DNA of 63,616 nt, filler included, from Octopus bimaculoides (Eukaryota), in assembly GCF_001194135.2 (NCBI RefSeq). It is 5 parts of 5 records of this genome, joined end to end, with 100 filler letters (N's around TTAATTAATTAA, not from the genome) between each part and the next. Parts side by side here need not be neighbours in the genome. Positions count along the whole stretch, not along the records: positions 46,148 to 59,904 come from NC_068982.1; positions 60,005 to 62,090 come from NC_068990.1; positions 62,191 to 63,616 come from NC_068994.1; 2 more parts are not named here. One strand, written 5' to 3'. Position numbers and translations under genes: made by a program. Positions 49,851 through 63,616 of this stretch are shown here, piece after piece. The notes under the pieces were generated by a model. That model saw only the letters and a list, made by a program, of their open reading frames with translations. It searched no databases and had not been told where the DNA came from. The stretch's first letter is position 1; every line of letters begins with the position of its first letter.

Positions 49851-50030
49851 TTAGATCGATGAGATGGTGTGATAATTTAAGAGATAGAGAACAAGAGCTG
49901 AAAAACACTCGGGTGATAGGTTACATTAGTAATGAATCATCATCAATAACTAAAAACGAAGTCAGCTCACAAGGAAGTGAATTTTACTTGTCGCATCCAA
50001 CACAGAAACTTCTTATAAATACTTTCAGTG

Positions 50031-50353
50031 AGGCGCATGGCTCAGTGGTAAGAGCGTTGAACTTACGACCTTGAGGTTGTGAGTTCGAATCCCGGACCGA
50101 GCTGTGAGTTGTGTTCTTGAGCAAGACACTTTATTTTACGTTGCTCCAGTTCACTCAGCTGTAGAAATGAGTTGTGATATCACTGGTGCCAAGCTGTATC
50201 GGCCTTTGCCTTTCCCTTAGATGACATCGGTGACCTGGAGAGATATGCATGGGTGACTGCTGGTCTTCCATAAACAACCTTGCCCGGACTTGAGCCTCGG
50301 AGGGTAACTTTCTAGGTGCAATCCCATGGTCATTCGTGACCCAAAGGAGTCTC
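50031..50353 (+). mobile_element. tRNA-derived SINE, family F
   Basis: A-box TGGCTCAGTGG and B-box GAGTTCGAATCC, followed by GTGTTCTTGAGCAAGACACTT and a non-tRNA body. Confidence 0.85.
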
Positions 50354-50981
50354 TACTTTCGGGTGCTCTAGATTATAAGAAGATGACAAACGGACAGAAT
50401 TGTGGTATGCACAGACCCAACTGAGGTGACGGTTTCGCACTCATATGGTGAATGGTTTAGTTTTTATTGCTTCCTTTTTATATAATTATGTCCTGAAATT
50501 TTATTAGATGCTTACACACTCACGCGTGCGCACACAAGCTCATACAAACACACATGCAGACACACGCAAACGCACATACCCACACACACACTCATATACA
50601 GGGAGCATGTATAAGACTGTTCTTACCGATGTGTGCTTGTGTGTTCGTTGATATGTGTATGTGTATGCTGTGTACGAGTGTAATAAACGAAAGATCTTTT
50701 TGGTAACTCAAAACCAAATCCTATGGATGACGTATGTCGTAATCAGCGGGTGGTAGAAACATCTACTCACATACTTTGCAATTAGCGTATACGTACTAGC
50801 ACGCTATATTTAAGATAGCGTTACAGCACTAGTGTATGTGAACGTATGTGTGTGTGTGTAATTTGTGGTCTTGTGAGTAAATCTAAACATAAAGAAAAGT
50901 ATTGTGCAAATTCAATTTTCCCAGCATTCTCACACATTATAGGAGGAAGCAAATTCACGTTATACTTTCACGTTTTCCTTG

Positions 50982-51023
<42 letters not shown>

Positions 51024-51664
51024 NNNNNNNNNNNNNNNNNNNNNNNNNNNNNNNNNNNNNNNNNNNNNNNNNNNNNNNNNNNNNNNNNNNNNNNNNNNNN
51101 NNNNNNNNNNNNNNNNNNNNNNNNNNNNNNNNNNNNNNNNNNNNNNNNNNNNNNNNNNNNNNNNNNNNNNNNNNNNNNNNNNNNNNNNNNNNNNNNNNNG
51201 GGAGGGCGGGATGGATGGATGGATGGATGGATGGATATATGTATACATATACTTGTGTGTGTGCGTGTTGTATGTGTGTGCTTGCATGTGTGTATACGTA
51301 TGTATCTGTTGTTTCTTTTCCACCACCTTCTTTTCCACCAAGTCTATCTTTCCTTCTCTCACTCCCTCTACCTAATTATCTGCTTGAAAGCTGTTCAATT
51401 AAATACTTTGTCAATTTTCTATATTAATGCTACATCAATCCTTAACTATTCCACTGTTTTTTCTGCTCTGCCAACAATAAATACGATAATTTCAGGACGT
51501 TAAATTTTCTTCAAATATTTTCTCCTTCGATTGAATGCCTCGATGAACTGCTTTCAAACGTCTTTCACAATTCATGGTTTGCTAATACCAGTCTTAGTGT
51601 TACTTTTTCTTATTTTTAATTTGTTCCATTTATATCGTTATTTCAGAAGTAATTATTTTTGTCG

Positions 51665-51870
51665 TAGCTGTTGTGTAGCCCTGTATTAGCTCTGATCGCA
51701 AAGACTTACGATGAAAAACGTTCCAGCTAAGACTATCCCATCATATTTTCAGACAACGCATCCACAAATACATTATCTAGTGCTTTTTTCCTTTTAAAGA
51801 TGGTAAGATGTGATTTATGGAAGATTAGGCTGCTATTTTTACAAGTTTGAGAGGCCACGTTGGGATCCTT
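51665..51870 (-). mobile_element. family E repeat
   Basis: Reverse homolog of 41400-41612. Confidence 0.5.
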
Positions 51871-52000
51871 TGTTTTCCATTAGCGTGAGAAATGCCATCG
51901 ATCTAATTTTGATTTCCAAGATATAGTTTCAAATCCCAGTTGCATCCATTTCATTTTATTTTTAAGATTTAGCTCTTTAAAAAAGCATGAATATTACAGA

Positions 52001-52405
52001 TACTCTTTTACTCTTTTACTTGTTTCAGTCATTTGACTGCGGCCATGCTGGAGCACCGCCTTTAGTCGAGCAAATCGACCTCAGGACTTATCCTTTGGAA
52101 GCCTAGTACTTATTCTATTGGTATCTTTTGCCGAACCACTAGGTTACGGGGACGTAAACACACCAGCATCGATTGTCAAGCGACGGTGGGGGGGACAAAC
52201 ACAGACACACAAATACACACACATATATATACACATATATACGACGGGCTTCTTTCAGTTTCCGTCTACCAAATCCACTCACAAGGCTTTGGTCGGCCCG
52301 AGGCTATAGTAGAAGACACTTGCCCAAGGTGCCACGCAATGGGACTGAACTCGGAACCATGTGGTTGGTAAGCAAGCTACTTACCACACAGCCACTCCTG
52401 CGCCT
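52001..52405 (-). mobile_element. family A SINE, full length
   Basis: Near-identical to 6331-6741. Confidence 0.92.
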
Positions 52406-52628
52406 ATTTATTCCTTTAATAAAAAAATATATCGTCATCAAAAGTGATCTATATTCCTTTGATTTCGGCGAACTACTTCCCTATGACTACTACGATAGAT
52501 AACTGAAGTCATTTCTCCTTTCCTAATCTTAATTAACTATGAATATCCTCAGGAATAGATTTTATCTCAAACTTTCATATTTCTTCACCATTGTACCAAA
52601 AAGGAAAACAATATTGCTTTCTTTTAAG

Positions 52629-52812
52629 AAGGCAAGACAGCAGAATCGTTAGCACGCCGGGCCAAATGTTTAGAGGTATTTCATCCCTCTTTACGTTCTG
52701 AGTTCAAATTCCGCCGAGGTAGATTACTAGTTGAACGCTGGCGGTCGATGCAATCGACTTATTCCTCTCCCCCGGTATTACTGGCCTTGTGCCAAAATTT
52801 GAAATCGATATT
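52629..52812 (+). mobile_element. family B SINE with an internal deletion
   Basis: Head and tail match 11251-11463; the central domain is missing. Confidence 0.8.
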
Positions 52813-53932
52813 GTTTTCTTTTTGGCAAATGTTATCAATTGAGGGGGTTATGTGATGTGGTACATAGAAATTTCGCATGTGTTTCCTACCGAAAGATATT
52901 TCTGACACGCACTGGCTATGATATTAAGGATGACATCAATAACATTCCGTTTGACTGTCAATGTAAATCTAGATCCTTGTGCGTAATTAAAAGTAGATTA
53001 TATTCCGTTGAATTTGATATCTACCTCAGAGTAGAAATCTACATAAAAACTCTGATGATGATTGTAATACGAATGATATAGAGCAACTAGTAAGTGAGGA
53101 CGATGGTCACCATCCTATCATAAGAGCCAAACAGGTGTTCATGGCCAAGGCAGTTAACCTATGAGGACCCAGTCTACCTGGCCGAAATTTAGCACACCGA
53201 CTGTGCATAATCCGCCAGCCACAAAATCAGCAGCAATATCACTAAGAAATCGGTAGTTCGTTCCTGTTCCTCATTCGGTCAAAAATCAATAATACAAACG
53301 TTAAAATGTATTTGTCTAAGATTTTATCTTTCCTACTTTAGTCATTAATACAATGAAAACAACATTATGTTTATTTTTAAAATGTATATTAACAAGTATC
53401 ACTAAACAAACAAGTATTTAATTTATATATCTATACTCAAAATCTTATAATTATATATAACAATGAAACTACTGATTTATTTATATTTATATAAAATCAT
53501 ATATATTATGCAGCCCACAAAAATATTTATTCTTAAATATCGTAAAATTGTTCAAATATATAACATTTTTGTTTACTCGAGGTATTATATCGAACAGAGT
53601 ATTTGGTGGTATAGAATGCATAATAAAATAGCATAGCATATATAGTAGCCATGTGGCAAACCATAAAGGGTGTTTGAGTGTATGTAACATATCATGTACG
53701 TATCCGGAATGTAATAAATTATAAAACTGCATACAGCATATTCAGTTGTATATTTGAAATATGTTCGTATATGACTAATACAAGAGATTATATCGTATGT
53801 AGAACATAGTATATTATTAAACATTACAATATACCATATACCGTATTTGGTGGTAAATAATGATATAATATAGAGCATATTCGACGGTCTATACGGCATA
53901 GTAATATAGTATATAGTGTGTTTATATTTTCG

Positions 53933-54032
<100 letters not shown>

Positions 54033-54259
54033 CACGTGATCGACCAGACAATCAGATGTTGTTATACATCACTGGTCACAATGCGCCTCACATCGTTTTA
54101 GCTTTTTGAATGATGCCACCGCGTTGGCAAGGCGAGCAGGCCAACATTCCCCTTGATCTGAACACCAGTCTGTCATAGCGTTACCTATTTACAACTGAGT
54201 GGACTGTATGTATGTATGTATGTATGTATGTATGTACAAACATACATATATATACATAC

Positions 54260-54369
54260 AATGGAGAATATACAAACTTTTAAGTTCAAATATGCCAGGG
54301 AGAATATACAAACTTTTAATGGTGCAGTAATGGAGAATATACAAACTTTTAAGTTCAAATATGCCAGGG
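54260..54369. repeat. 41-bp perfect direct repeat with a partial third copy between
   Basis: AATGGAGAATATACAAACTTTTAAGTTCAAATATGCCAGGG at 54260-54300 and 54329-54369. Confidence 0.9.
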
Positions 54370-56838
54370 ACGTATTTCAGCTTTTAAGGGTAATTTTACT
54401 ACAGTCTACCGAGGATAAAAAAAATCTCGCTTAAGGTAAGTGCCTTCTGAGGTTTAAGGAATTACTGGCCAACGGGGGTAGTAATGGTAGAAGTAATAAT
54501 AACAAAAAAGAAAATTAATCTCGTGATTAGTCGGCAATCCTCCTAGATATGGCATACCGAAAATAATGAAGAGAAAAACACTGATGGTGATGACATCTTA
54601 CAACATACATTGAGACCATAACGTACCAAGTGGCGTTCAAGGGTGTTATGCCTTTCACATGAAGAGATGGCTCTCTTCAACCATGTTGTTAACCCTCCTA
54701 GAGATGGTGTCTCAGTAATGAGAAAACACTGGTGGCTGTGTCACTTATAACAATTCACTTGAATGAATGCATGAAACGTAGCAATATACCAGATAACATC
54801 TAATGATCTAATGATGTTATCTGGTGTACTGATATTCCAAGGCCGGCGAATTTTATTTCATCTTGCAGTGGGATTTAATTGTTCTTTGGAGGAAATTATT
54901 TCCCTTCACCTCTTTTCGTTGTTTTATACTGAGTTTTCTTTTGTGATTTTTTCCATTTGTATTTTCAACGAGCATTTGTTAATTTTATCTATAATTATTA
55001 TTTCCTGCTAGTAGAATTAAAATAGTAAATTAGAGCATGGATCTAAGTATTTAAGGAGTGGAACTTACAATTTCCTGTAAGTCAGACCTCCACATGGCCC
55101 CAGCAGACAAAATGGAAAAGGTGTTGCCCCCAGAAGATGGCGAGGAAGATGCTCAGACTTGTAGGTAGCTATCTCCGCCCCGATAGCAGTGACCAGGGCT
55201 ATGGTCCGGTAACAAAAACGCCGGAGATCTCTATTGCCACAGGCAACAGAGCGACAGATAACTTCACCGTTTGTTCTTAACAGCTTGACGAACAGCGGAG
55301 TCTGAGCTGGCAGCTAATCACACCAAGTTGCCGCTGGAGAAAGTATCACAGCACATGGCATACCAGATGAGGGACATGCCGCCACAATACAGGACAATTT
55401 GGGGGTATAATTTGGAACTGTTGGTGGATAAGGGCTTAAAGATATTGTGTGTGCTGCCATAGAATTATAGCACGTAATGTACTGAAAACTGAGATTTGCA
55501 GTTTGTTGCACTTCCTTATTTTCAATTTTTTTTCTTGCTTTATCTTTTTAGTCCTTCTGGATATTTAGCTCTTTTCCTCGGCGCTTTCTACAAGGTAAAA
55601 TTTCGGTATGGATTTTGTGTTCTTCAAATGTCTTTAAGATTTGCAAGTCCATATCGATTTTCCTTGCCCGTTCCTTAACCTTTCGTTAAGCTTACTTTGC
55701 ACACACTTCCATACTGCCTCACAAAAGTCACTACTAGCTATGATTCTAAAATGGGTCCCATGTACTGGGACGGAAATCAGAGATATGTCTGACAATTTCA
55801 AACTGTGTTTTAGCTGCATGTTTACTTTTAAAGATTCTGCAGATAGTGCCATAACTTTTGTTTTTTTTTCTTTTTTTTTTCATTTTTCCCTTCTTTTTGC
55901 TTTTTTGCTTTTTTACGATAATTTCTCCAGATATGTCCTGGAGAGCTGGTCATGCTAATTTATGTTAGGGAAAATTTAATCTGCTTTCGTCTTTTCGTAA
56001 GCAGAGGCAGTGAGTTTTTTCCTTGCTACTTTTTGCATTACCGCCTTTGGCAAATATACAGAAGAATTCAATCAGTTCATTTCGCAATGATGGAATGTTT
56101 ACCATCACACAGCTGCTACATAAATGGGCCAAATAATTTGGAATCGTGTAAGAGTGCTTAATGCTTTTGGTGTTGTTATTACTATCATAGTCTTCCAAAT
56201 AACTTATTTGAGTGTCTTTGACTCATTTTTTATTTATTATTCACTATAGGGCCTATTTTATTATTTGTCTTGAAAATTTAGCTGTATATTTAGATTTTGT
56301 TATACATATATATATATATATATTAAATATATACTTTTATAAAACAAAATTTTACAAAATATATAGTATCTGTTAACAGTCTTAGCAAAAAGCTCACAGG
56401 TGAGTTTTTGTATATATATATATATATATATATATATGTCTCTTAAAAGATAGAGCTCAAAATCGATGCATTGAAGATACTTTATTGCAGCAACAATTGT
56501 AATAACAGAAACAACCACAATAAGNNNNNNNNNNATATATTAGCAATGTGAATGTTTCGTAGTGTAGCGTAATTGTGTGAACGAGCCATTCTATGAATGA
56601 AAATGTAATGTACGTTAATAAAAAAGTAAAAGTTTGTGAAACAATTCTTTTTTTCTGCTGTCTCCTCCCAGATATCGAAGGAAGATTTTCCTTAGGCAAC
56701 GATAGTTCTTTTTATCAGTATTCCAAATAAAAATTCATTTCATAGTACTTGAATAAAAAGAACTTAGAAAATAGGCACAAAACGATGTCTTCGCACAATG
56801 ACAGTAGAAAAGTAATAATAATAATAATAATAATAATA

Positions 56839-58398
<1,560 letters not shown>

Positions 58399-58401
<3 letters not shown>

Positions 58402-59904
58402 GAAGTTCTTACGGCCTTCTACCATGCCATATATTTCCCCACAAATAATTCGAATACTGTACAAACCTACTTAAACTGGAGACAGAAACACCTTGATGTA
58501 AGACCCTACATAGACAGTAACAAACTTGCCAACATCAGAAGAAACATTATGAAAAAAAAATTACTAACTGAAGTAGAGATTCACCAAATTAAACAAGCAG
58601 TAAGGGATGAAAAGAATGAAACTGCAGCTAAAGAAGATACTACAGAGGAAATAATTATAAACCAGCCCAAGGCTGATGAAAATAGAGTAATGATTGAAAT
58701 AATTAATGTAACTGATAGGCAAAGTGAAATACTCTCTGAACCAACCATAAACACTAAGGCAGGTGAAAATTAAATATATGAAGAAAGTCATACAGAAATC
58801 GACGCAACAGAACTACATGATCTAAAAAATTAAATTATGATTGAATGGCTGAAAATTAAAGAAACCAGTATGAATGAACGCAACACACTCCCAAAAATTC
58901 GCAATTCTATCCAAAACCTGAAAATAATTGGTAAAATCCGCCTTGCACTTAAGGATATAGTTTCAGCTAATGATGTTGATATTACAGATCTCAACCATCT
59001 GTACTATGCATCCGCAAAAATCTCAACGATTCTATGTGGTGAAAAGATTAGAAAACGACAACACTCCCACAAAAAGCCTTCTTGGCAAGAACGCATTCAA
59101 CACCAAATTAAGCTACTTAGATCTGACATAGAATATTTGAAAAACCTTAAATTTGACAAGAGTATCAAACCTACAAAGACCCAACAACTAAAGAAAAAAT
59201 ATATGAAAACCATAGTTGACATTGATGCCACCATAGAAACCATCAAGCAAAAGGTACGTGCTAAAGCTACGCGCATAGCAAGGTATGAAAAGCGTGTTAG
59301 ATTCTTCAGAGATAATAACATGTTCAAAAATAACCCCAATCATTTCTACATGAAGATAGGGAAAACACTAGTAACAATAAAGTCTGTCTCATCAAAAGAA
59401 GAAGTGCAGGAATTTTGGAATAAAATTTGGGCAGAAGGTAAAACACACAATGAAAAGGCCCCTTGGATTGATAGAATACCTACAGACTTAGACTCCTTAG
59501 AGGAGCAAAAGTGGGAGGGAATCAAGGTAGAGGATATAAGATCTGCTCTCAGGAGGTCAAGCAAATGGAAGGCTCCAGGAAAGGATAAAATTCCTAACTT
59601 CTGGCTGAATGCCTTCCCAGAGAGCCATGAACTGCTAACAAAACTTTACAACGATGTTTTGCAAAATCCTAGTATGATGCTCTTTTGGCTAGTTAATGGT
59701 TTAACATTCCTGCTTCCAAAAAATGAGGAAACAAACGAACCAAAAAATTTTCGACCCATAACCTGCTTAACAACAATGTATAAGACGCTAACATCCGTCC
59801 TAACTGAGTATACCTATAGTTTTTTAATAGAAAGTAGCATATTCCCTAATGAACAAAAGGGATGGAAACGTGGATCTTATGGTTGTAAAGATCAGCTACT
59901 CACC
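58399..59904 (+). mobile_element. long R4/Dong-clade LINE ORF fragment (N-terminal region into RT), two nonsense codons, cut by a gap
   Basis: A single frame from KEVLTAFYHAIY...LANIRRNIMKKKLL through FWNKIW, KWKAPGKDKIPNFWL, NFRPITCLTTMYK and EQKGWKRGSYGCKDQLL; only two TAA stops, at 58771 and 58831. Confidence 0.93.
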
Positions 59905-60004
59905 NNNNNNNNNNNNNNNNNNNNNNNNNNNNNNNNNNNNNNNNNNNNTTAATTAATTAANNNNNNNNNNNNNNNNNNNNNNNNNNNNNNNNNNNNNNNN
60001 NNNN

Positions 60005-60388
60005 ACTCTTTCTTTATTTTCTCTTTCAGTTGTGTATGTTGTATCCTATCTAGTTCATTGACTCCTAAATACTTGTATGGTTGGCTTTCGTCTAGTTCTC
60101 TTATTTCATTGGCTTTATCTAGTGTTATATTGCTGCTTTTAACTAATTTTCCTCTTTTCAGGGTTGCTTTGTCACATTTTTCTAATCCGAATTTCATATC
60201 TATTTCCTTGGTAAAGCCGTGTACTGTCTGTAGTAGTGTTTCTAGCTCTTTGTCGTTTTTAGCATATAATTTTAGGTCATCCATATATAGAAGGTGGCTG
60301 ACTGTTTTTCCGTAGCATTTGTAACCGCATCCAGTTCTATTTAGCAATTCTGTTAAAGGTGTGAGTGCCAGGCAGAACAGGAGTGGAT
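60005..60388 (-). mobile_element. 5'-truncated R4/Dong LINE, RT catalytic region
   Basis: PLLFCLALTPL...SHLLYMDDLKLYAK...MKFGLEKC...YKYLG; begins right after (TAA)n at 60389-60410. Confidence 0.92.
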
Positions 60389-61109
60389 ATTATTATTATT
60401 ATTATTATTATCAATAATATCAATACGCTAACCTTTTGTTTTTGTACGTACCTGTTGTGTGCGTCACACTTACTTCAAAGAAGTGGCAATGTAAGAGAGA
60501 GGAAGACAGAGAGGAAGTAAGGGAGAGAGAGAGAGAGAGAAAGGGAGAGTGAGAGAGAAAGTGAGAGAGTGAGAGAGAAAGAGAGAGAGAGTGAAAGAGA
60601 CGGTGAGTGGTGACCGCGTTCGTTTTGTGTTTTTAAATGTTTATCACATCGTGAGAGAAGTAAATACATAGATACATATACACATTGCTAAATCAAAAGC
60701 GGGAGAGAAGAGGGACACAAAGGCAGTGAAAGAAAAAGAGAGAAAGTGAAAGAGACAGTAGATACATAAATCCAAAGAAAAGTTCATACATAGATAGATA
60801 CACACAGCAAATATTGGATGTCAATTTCACTTTTCATTACCACACGAGGATAAAATTAACTCACAAATGGCTGAGTATTCCACATACATGTATAACTTTA
60901 ACGTAGTTCTCAGGGACATTCAGCCTCACGCAAAATATGACAAGGTTGGCCCCTTTGAATTACAGCTACAACTCGAAACATATATATATGAATGTATTTT
61001 GTGTTATGTGTAGTTTAGGTTAGTTAAAACATGTTTGCAATAATAAGTGTTGTGTGGTGGAAATAAACGCAATTACTAAACTTCCATTCATAAATCCATT
61101 TATTATTTC

Positions 61110-61420
61110 GCTCTTTTGCATTTCAATTTGTACATTAAGGTTCTTTGAATATGTACGATATATTTTAAGGTTAAATGGTAAAACTGGGTTTCATGCCTAT
61201 TTCTTCTATCTTTATGGATAGTTCTAATATTTATGGATAGTTCCTAATACACCTATAACTACTGGGATACATTTTACCCACACTTTCCATAGTCTCTGTA
61301 ATTCAATTTTTAGGTCCTGGTACTTTGTTATTTTCTCTATACCTATCTTATTGACTTTCTCATCATTTGGGATTGTAAAGTCAATTATCTGGCCTTTCTA
61401 TCCTCTTTGTTCACTACTAC
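61110..61420 (-). mobile_element. R4/Dong-clade LINE 3' fragment, interrupted by a mariner
   Basis: IDFTIPNDEKV...EKITKYQDLKIELQRLWKVWVKCIPVVIGVLGTI. Confidence 0.8.
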
Positions 61421-61422
61421 TA

Positions 61423-62090
61423 TCAGGTCATCCCATAATTTCTGTCCGAATTTTGAATAAAGAAAACAAGTGATCAAATGTTATATTTAATTGAAATTTA
61501 ATCATCAATGTACTTTCCCTGATTATCTGTGACTTCCTTCCATCTATTTACAAGCTTTTTAATTCCATCAATGTAAAGCTCTTTTGGTTCCAAAGCGAAG
61601 AACTCTGACATGTCAGTTTCGACCTCTTCCTGGCTTGCGAAAGTTATGTCCCCCAAAGGATTCTGTAAACTACGAAACAAATGGTAGTCTGAAGGAGCAA
61701 GGTTGGGAGAATAAGGTGGATGAGGAATTTTTTCCCAACCAAGCTCTTCAATCTTCTGTGATGTGATCTTTGCAGTGTGGAGTCACGCATTGTCCTGGTG
61801 AAATAGCACTCCTTTTCGATTCACTAAAGCGGGTCTTTTTTTCTTCAAAGCTTGGTTCAAACGCTCTAATTGCTGACAGTAGACTTGAGCATTGATTGTT
61901 GCATTAGCTGGTAACAATTAAAAGTGAATTACTCCTTTGCAATCCCACCAGGTAGAGAGAAGAACCTTTTTCCCATGAAGTTCCCTTCTCGGTTGTGGTT
62001 GAGCTTTTTCCCTTTTACCAAGCCACTGTTTACATTTAACATTTTGATAGAAGATCCATTTTTCGTCACCAGTCACAAGTCTATCCAAAA
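61423..62090 (-). mobile_element. mariner 3' half (remainder lost in the gap)
   Basis: TA plus TIR TCAGGTCATCCCATAATTTCTG; TGDEKWIFY, WWDCKG, FHQDNA and HPPYSPNLAPSDYHLFRSLQN. Confidence 0.93.
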
Positions 62091-62375
62091 NNNNNNNNNN
62101 NNNNNNNNNNNNNNNNNNNNNNNNNNNNNNNNNNTTAATTAATTAANNNNNNNNNNNNNNNNNNNNNNNNNNNNNNNNNNNNNNNNNNNNAATAGAGACA
62201 GCTGATGAAGGGATATTCCAAGTGGCTTTCCGTTTTCCTATGTGTTCGTTCCGATGTCTGTAGTTTATTGTTCTAACGTCCTGTACCCTGATATGCATAT
62301 ATATACACATGTAGATGTAAGTATGTACATATATGTGTGTATACATGTATATATATTCTTTGTATTATATATATT

Positions 62376-62416
<41 letters not shown>

Positions 62417-62870
62417 GCGTGCGTGTGTTTGTGTGCGTCTGTGTGTGTGTGTGTGTATGTGTGTGTGTGTGTGTGTTTGTGTGAGTGCCCAATCGCATAT
62501 ATGTTGACATCTATGCATACGGGTGCAATCGTGCGTGTGTATGTGTGTACTAATGTCTATGCCTATGTGTGTGTGTGCGTGTGTGTGTGTGTGTGTTTGT
62601 GTGCGTGTCTGGTACTTTTGTCACTTCGTATTGTGTTTAGAACAATCAACCGCTTCAACAGTCTTCAACAGTCTTCAACAAAATTACATAATTTTAACAG
62701 CTTTTAACTTTTTTATTATTAATTTTTAGAAGAAAAAAATGGAGGTGATTTTCGTCGCCAGCATGCGAAATTACATTGGTGTCAGAAAAATTTGGAAAAA
62801 GAAGAGAAAATCTCGTGAAAATTTGAAATACTTCAAACCGGTGGAAGAAATTTTAACAAGCTCCGTAAAT

Positions 62871-63306
62871 AGGCGCAAGAGTAGCTGTGTAGTAAGTAGT
62901 TTGCTTACTAACCACATGGTTCTGGGTTCAGTCCCACTGCGTTGCACATTGGGCAAGAGTTTTCTACTATAGCCTCGGGAAGACCAAAGCTTTGTGAGTG
63001 GATTTGGTAGACGGAAACCGAAAGAAGCCCGTCGTATATATTTATATATATACATATGTATGTATGTATGTATGTATGTATGTGTGTGTGTGTGTGTGTG
63101 TGTGTTTGTCACCCCACCATCGCTTGACAACCGATGTTGGTGTGTTCACGTACCCGTAACTTAGCGGTTCGGTAAAAGAAACAGATAGCATAAGTACTAG
63201 GCTTACAAAGAACAAGTCCTGGGGTTGATTTGCTCGACCAAAGGCGGTGCTCCAGCATGGCCACAGTCAAATGACTGAGACAAGTAAAAGAGTAAAAGAG
63301 AGAGTA
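62871..63306 (+). mobile_element. family A SINE, full length
   Basis: Head AGGCGCAAGAGTAGCTGTGTAG, GGTTCAGTCCC, internal microsatellite, GTAAAAGAG tail. Confidence 0.92.
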
Positions 63307-63616
63307 TGCCTTCATAGTTGCTTGTGTATGTGCGAATTTCCCCACTGTCTCTGTGCATGTGCATGTATGTGTATATGAACGTGCGCGGGTGTTTTAGTGT
63401 AGGGTTATGTTCGATGGTACGACTACTTTATATCCCTATCTGAGGTGTTTGCTAAGACATCCACACACACATACACTGTGTCGGGGACCATTCCTGCCTT
63501 CCGGCTATAATTTGTCATCATCATCATCATCATCATACCCCACCACCACCACCACCTCCTCTTCCACTTCTTCCTCCTCCTCCTCCTCTTCCTCCTCCTC
63601 CTCCTCCTCTTCCTCC

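Noticed and set aside
50031-50105. Possible tRNA gene
   Set aside because: It has A and B boxes but no acceptor-stem closure, and it continues into a SINE body.
53145-53215. CUAUGA...GCCGAAA hammerhead-like reading
   Set aside because: The core lacks G5 and there is no credible helix III or cleavage triplet.
53487-53915. AT-rich block with repeated GTATTTGGTGGTA and AGCATATTC
   Set aside because: Too degenerate to define a unit or an element.
54260-54369. 41-bp direct repeats resembling a mini CRISPR array
   Set aside because: Eukaryotic context, only two copies, and the 'spacer' is itself a partial repeat; this is a local slippage duplication.
59904-60388. Apparent internal inversion of the Dong element (twin priming)
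   Set aside because: The two parts are separated by an artificial spacer join. The minus-strand piece has its own (TAA)n 5' junction, so it is more likely a separate truncated copy or a scaffolding artefact.

Overview
AT-rich, microsatellite- and transposon-dense animal DNA from a gappy draft assembly (N runs, plus TTAATTAATTAA spacers at contig joins). The SINE families present point to an octopod cephalopod, probably Octopus; this is inferred from my recollection of the families, not a database hit. Only one host coding exon is clearly supported: the first coding exon of a type II membrane M1 aminopeptidase (aminopeptidase N-like) at 18705-19492 (+). It ends in a phase-2 GTAAG donor, and I could not find the next exon in the remaining ~44 kb. 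The rest is repeats: many tRNA-derived SINEs; about a dozen fragments of R4/Dong-clade RLE LINEs, mostly in or beside (TAA)n tracts, including one long RT-bearing copy at 58399-59904; Tx1/L1-, CR1- and RTE-like fragments; several mariner relics; a hAT MITE; a probable solo LTR; and several foldback elements. The most notable observation is a diverged ~340-bp tandem dimer at 36810-37495, sitting inside a SINE. Each unit carries a type I hammerhead ribozyme fold on the minus strand, with cleavage sites 341 nt apart, as expected for a non-LTR retrozyme or Penelope-type terminal repeat. Further degenerate hammerhead-like motifs are scattered through the window. Most ORFs in the supplied track are artefacts of microsatellites or N runs. 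All alignments were done by eye, so repeat boundaries are approximate.
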